Shown here in pieces: positions 60,600 through 64,000 of a DNA stretch of 64,000 nucleotides (position 1 is the first letter of the stretch; every line of letters starts with the position of its first letter). The stretch spans positions 3,968,001 to 4,032,000 of the forward strand of contig OZ245033.1 in NCBI GenBank assembly GCA_965224025.1, in the 5' to 3' direction. Position numbers and translations under genes: made by a program. Under the pieces are notes generated by a model. That model ran no database searches. It saw nothing but the letters and a program-made list of their open reading frames with translations, and was not told the DNA's origin. The DNA is from Candidatus Multivorans sp. GTDB taxonomy: Bacteria > Acidobacteriota > Thermoanaerobaculia > Multivoradales > Multivoraceae.

Positions 60600-62105
60600 G
60601 CCGCGGCTGTTCGACCGAAACCAAGTCAATCCCCTCGTTCTGCCCTTCGTCGCCGGCCTGCACAGCCTGGAGGTCTCGGGCCAGCTCTCGGCCGGCGACC
60701 TGAACGAAAGCCAGATCCGCCTAGCGGTGACGATCCTCTACCTTTTTCGGCTAGCCGACCCGAACAGCGCCGACGGGGCCGGCCAATACCGGCCCAAATG
60801 GTCCCGGGACCTGCTGCGCGACGAGCCGGCGTTGTTGGCTGACGTGCTTCGCCGCAGCGCTGGGCTGAAACTAGAGACCGGCCTCCAACCGGCGGCAGAA
60901 CTGCGCGAACTCGCAAACGCCGAAGACCATCGAGGGATTGCCGAGTTGGTCTCCCTGTCTTTGCTTGAGGGCTTCCCGAAGGCGGAGACCGAAGCCGCCC
61001 TGATGTCGCTCTGTTGGTTGCTGAACGCGGCACTGATGAGTTGCGACTGGCCGAAAGTCGGCAGCGTGATTGAAGAACGGCTCGGAACAGGCGGCCAAGA
61101 GGAGGCGGAACACGGTTGCTGGCTGGCAGCGGGGTATCTCGTGGCGCCGGAACGGTTCCGGGAGGACCTTCGCAGTTTGGCGAAAGACGGGGACGGTCTG
61201 AAGTGGCTGGCGAGGTTCGTGACGGCCGGGAGACTCCCGATGGACTTCACCCGGCGGTTCACTACTGGCGACTTCGAACCGCTCGTAGCCGCGATGGGAG
61301 CAGCGCTGAGGCTCCACGGATTGCCGGAAAGAGCGTACTGGGCCACGGCGGACGTGATCGCCACGCTCGGCGGCGACCCGAGCGCCGCTGCAACGGAAAC
61401 TCTGGAGGCGCTGACGAGAATGCCCGATGCGAAGCCCTGGTCGCCCGCCATTGCAAACGCCAAGGAGCGCCAGGCCCGGAAACGCCGAGAACACGAGTAC
61501 CGCCATAGCGACCTCCGGCAGGTCGTCCGGACGCTCGACAACGCGGCCCCGGCGAACGCGGGAGATCTCGCGGCACTCGTGTCGCTGAGCTGGAGAACCT
61601 CTGCCACAAGATTCGCGACGGGAACACGTCGGACTGGCGCCAATACTGGAACGTCGATGGCTACAGCCGCCCGGAGAAACCCAGGCCGGAGGACGCATGC
61701 CGGGACGCGGTGCTGTCCGACCTGCAGGAGCGACTCGGTCGGTTAGGCATCGATGCTCAGCGAGAAGGCTCCTATGCCGAGGACAAGCGGTCCGACATCC
61801 GCGTCAGCTACGGTGGTTTCAATATTCCCGTGGAGATCAAGCGAAGTTGCCACCGTGACGTTTGGACGGCGATCCGACGTCAACTGGTCGCCAAGTACAC
61901 CCGGGACCCCGGGGCCGCAGGCTACGGAATCTACCTGGTGTTCTGGTTTGGCGACACCGAGACATGTCGGCCCACGAAGTGCGAAGGCTGGACTCCGCAG
62001 ACGGCGGAAGACCTCAGGTCGAGGATCGAGCAGTCGTTCGACGATCAGGAACGCCAGTTGATTGCGGTCTGCGTGGTGGACGTCTCCACGCCGGCCTGGT
62101 CCTAG
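60600..62105 (+). pseudogene. C-terminal part of a large NACHT/ATPase-type defence-like protein with nuclease-like tail; frameshift near 61583
   Basis: PANAGDLAALV / IRDGNTSDWRQYWN, EDACRD, RSDIRV..PVEIK, QLVAKY, GIYLVFWFG; no N-terminus. Confidence 0.65.
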
Positions 62106-62130
62106 CTGTCAGCGAACGGTCCCCGCGACC

Positions 62131-62388
62131 TCAGGCGGCGTCGCCCTTACCGATCCACTCGCGAAGCGCCGCATCGATTCGCGTCTGCCATCCGCGACCG
62201 CCGGCCCTGAAGTGATCGATCACGTCGCGCGAGAGACGGATCGTCGTCGACACCTTCGGCTTGGCGCTTCGCGGCCGGCCCCGGCGAACCGTCGTCTTCG
62301 CGAACTTCTCCGGCCAGCCGTCGGCGGAAAGGTCCGGAGCGAGGTCCTTCTCAGAATCTCGGGCCGTAGAGCGTTTGTTCGCGTTCAT
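62131..62388 (-). CDS. brnA: BrnA antitoxin
   Basis: RGRP, TTIRLSRDVIDHFRAGGRGWQTRIDAALR. Confidence 0.9.
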   Translation of the reverse strand: MNANKRSTARDSEKDLAPDLSADGWPEKFAKTTVRRGRPRSAKPKVSTTIRLSRDVIDHFRAGGRGWQTRIDAALREWIGKGDAA

Positions 62389-62620
62389 TGGCTTTCCTCA
62401 TGCTGATGATCCGGTAAGCGCCGTCGCGCCGTGTCCAAACGAGAACCACCATCCGGTGGTCAAGGAAACCGATCGTGATGAAGCGGTCCTCTTCGTAGTC
62501 CTGCCGGACGTCTTCGACGGTCAGTGTTGCGCCCTCGAGCACCTCACCAGCCCGGGCCATGTCGAGGCCCCTGGCCTTGAGAGTCGCCGAGCGCTTCGCG
62601 GTGTCGAACTCGATCCGCAC
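62351..62620 (-). CDS. brnT: BrnT toxin
   Basis: EFDTAK, DYEEDRFITIG, RIISMRKAN. Confidence 0.9.
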   Translation of the reverse strand: MRIEFDTAKRSATLKARGLDMARAGEVLEGATLTVEDVRQDYEEDRFITIGFLDHRMVVLVWTRRDGAYRIISMRKANEREQTLYGPRF

Positions 62621-62714
62621 AATTGATGTTACTACAAAAATGCGGTGCGCCGCCCAACAGCGAGCCGCTACAACTCGTACCGGTTCGGCCGGGCCGACGG
62701 ACCGGGAAGGACCG

Positions 62715-64000
62715 TCAAGGCAGCGCGAACACGAACAGCGTGTTGTTGGAACTCGGACGGAGCTCCGACGTCAGCCTCCGGAAGGTCGAGGTCGAGCCGC
62801 CCTCGGCGCCGGTGCCGACGGCCACGTACTGGCGTCCGTCCACCGCGTAGCTGACCGGAAAGCCGGTCACCGAGGAGCCGACGTTGATCTCCCACAGCAC
62901 CTCGCCGGTTTCCTGGTCCAGGGCCCAGAAGCGGCCGCCCACGTCGCCGCCGAAGACGAGACCGCCCCCGGTTGCGGCGAGCGACATGGTCGCCGGCAGG
63001 CGCTCGTGGAGCCAGCGCGTTTCACCGGTCTCGGCGGAGATCGCGTAGACCGTGCCGAGCAGTTCCTTCCCAGGCGCGAACTGGGTGTCGTTCACGAGCG
63101 CGTAGTGCATGGCGCCACGGCCCACGCGCGTCGTCATCTCGGAGCACAGGTTCCGGAGCGGGTAGTACATCGTGTTCGTCAGCGGACTGTAGGCGCCGGC
63201 CTCCCAGTCCTTGCCGCCGAGGAGCGAGGGGCAGATCAGCCGCTGCTGCTCCAGCTCGGTGAACACGACTTCCGGGTTCTCGATCACGGCGCCGGTTTCG
63301 CCGTCGATCCGCTCGATCACGTTCTGGGGCACGGTCGGACGCGCCCACAGGAACTCGCCCGTCTCGCGGTCGAGGGTGTAGACCAGGCCGGTCTTGCCCG
63401 GCACACCGGTTACGACTCTGCGTATCTCACCCGCTTCGATCCGGGGATTCCGCCACGCGACGGCCTCCTCGTCCGGCGCCACGGCCGTATCGACGAGCAA
63501 CCGTTCGAACGGATGGTCCAGGTCCCAGTGGTCGTTCAGGTGCTGGTAGTACCAGGGCACGTTGCCGCTATCGACCTCCAGCGCCAGGGTCGAGTTGTGG
63601 AAGAGGTGCCTCTTCTCGTGGCCGCCGAGCAGGAACTTGGGCGCCGGCGAGGTGACCGACGTGCCCAGGATGAGCAGTTCGAGTTCCGGGTCGTAGCTCG
63701 GCGCCATCCAGGACCCGACGTGGTGGCGATCCTCGAACGGCAAGTCGCCCCAGGTCTCGTTGCCGGGCTCGCCCGGCCGGGGGATCAGCGGCCGGCGCCA
63801 GAGTTCTTCGCCGGTCACAGCATTGTGGGCCGCGATGAAGCAGGCCTCGGGCCCCCGGTGCGGCCGGCAGCTACGCCCCGAGATGACCCGGCCCGCGGCG
63901 ACGATCGGCCCGGTCGAGTGCCTGGCCGGATCCTCCTCGTAGTCGACGATCTGGGTCTCCCAGGCCAGTTCGCCGGTCACCGCGTCGAGCGCATACACGT
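62715..64000 (-). CDS. PQQ-binding beta-propeller dehydrogenase, 5' end outside the window
   Basis: ALDAVTGE, WYYQH..DHWDLD, LDRETGEFLW, SYAVDGRQYVAV. Confidence 0.88.
   Translation of the reverse strand, partial: VYALDAVTGELAWETQIVDYEEDPARHSTGPIVAAGRVISGRSCRPHRGPEACFIAAHNAVTGEELWRRPLIPRPGEPGNETWGDLPFEDRHHVGSWMAPSYDPELELLILGTSVTSPAPKFLLGGHEKRHLFHNSTLALEVDSGNVPWYYQHLNDHWDLDHPFERLLVDTAVAPDEEAVAWRNPRIEAGEIRRVVTGVPGKTGLVYTLDRETGEFLWARPTVPQNVIERIDGETGAVIENPEVVFTELEQQRLICPSLLGGKDWEAGAYSPLTNTMYYPLRNLCSEMTTRVGRGAMHYALVNDTQFAPGKELLGTVYAISAETGETRWLHERLPATMSLAATGGGLVFGGDVGGRFWALDQETGEVLWEINVGSSVTGFPVSYAVDGRQYVAVGTGAEGGSTSTFRRLTSELRPSSNNTLFVFALP

Overview
High-GC bacterial chromosomal window. Gene content (DUF6152 clusters, PQQ propellers, cytochrome c/Cu-monooxygenase fusion, many TA modules and IS remnants) resembles Acidobacteriota, possibly a host-associated lineage; this is inference only. 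From left to right: an IS3-type element and a defence island (DUF1828-like gene, HEPN-DUF499 ATPase, SNF2 helicase-nuclease); housekeeping genes (argG, MATE, peptide ABC permeases, sucA-sucB-lpdA split by Uma2 and a TA pair); a MoxR/vWA operon; a nested mobile-element hotspot at 36.5-43.3 kb; amidohydrolase/Rieske and CoA-transferase/HACL modules; a periplasmic DUF6152 cluster; several eroded genes. The most notable signal is an apparent mobile-element family bounded by CTAG at both ends with non-inverted termini. It comprises a 1.86-kb element (41435-43295) encoding a roughly 530-aa protein with no DDE/HUH motif I can recognise, and a 135-bp non-autonomous copy (38222-38356) with the same ends. 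The short copy, with a nested IS630, splits a secreted phospholipase A2-like gene in frame, which reveals its target site. A REP-like palindrome family also occurs inside coding frames. No rRNA, tRNA or CRISPR array was seen. Several single-base frameshifts could be sequencing errors.
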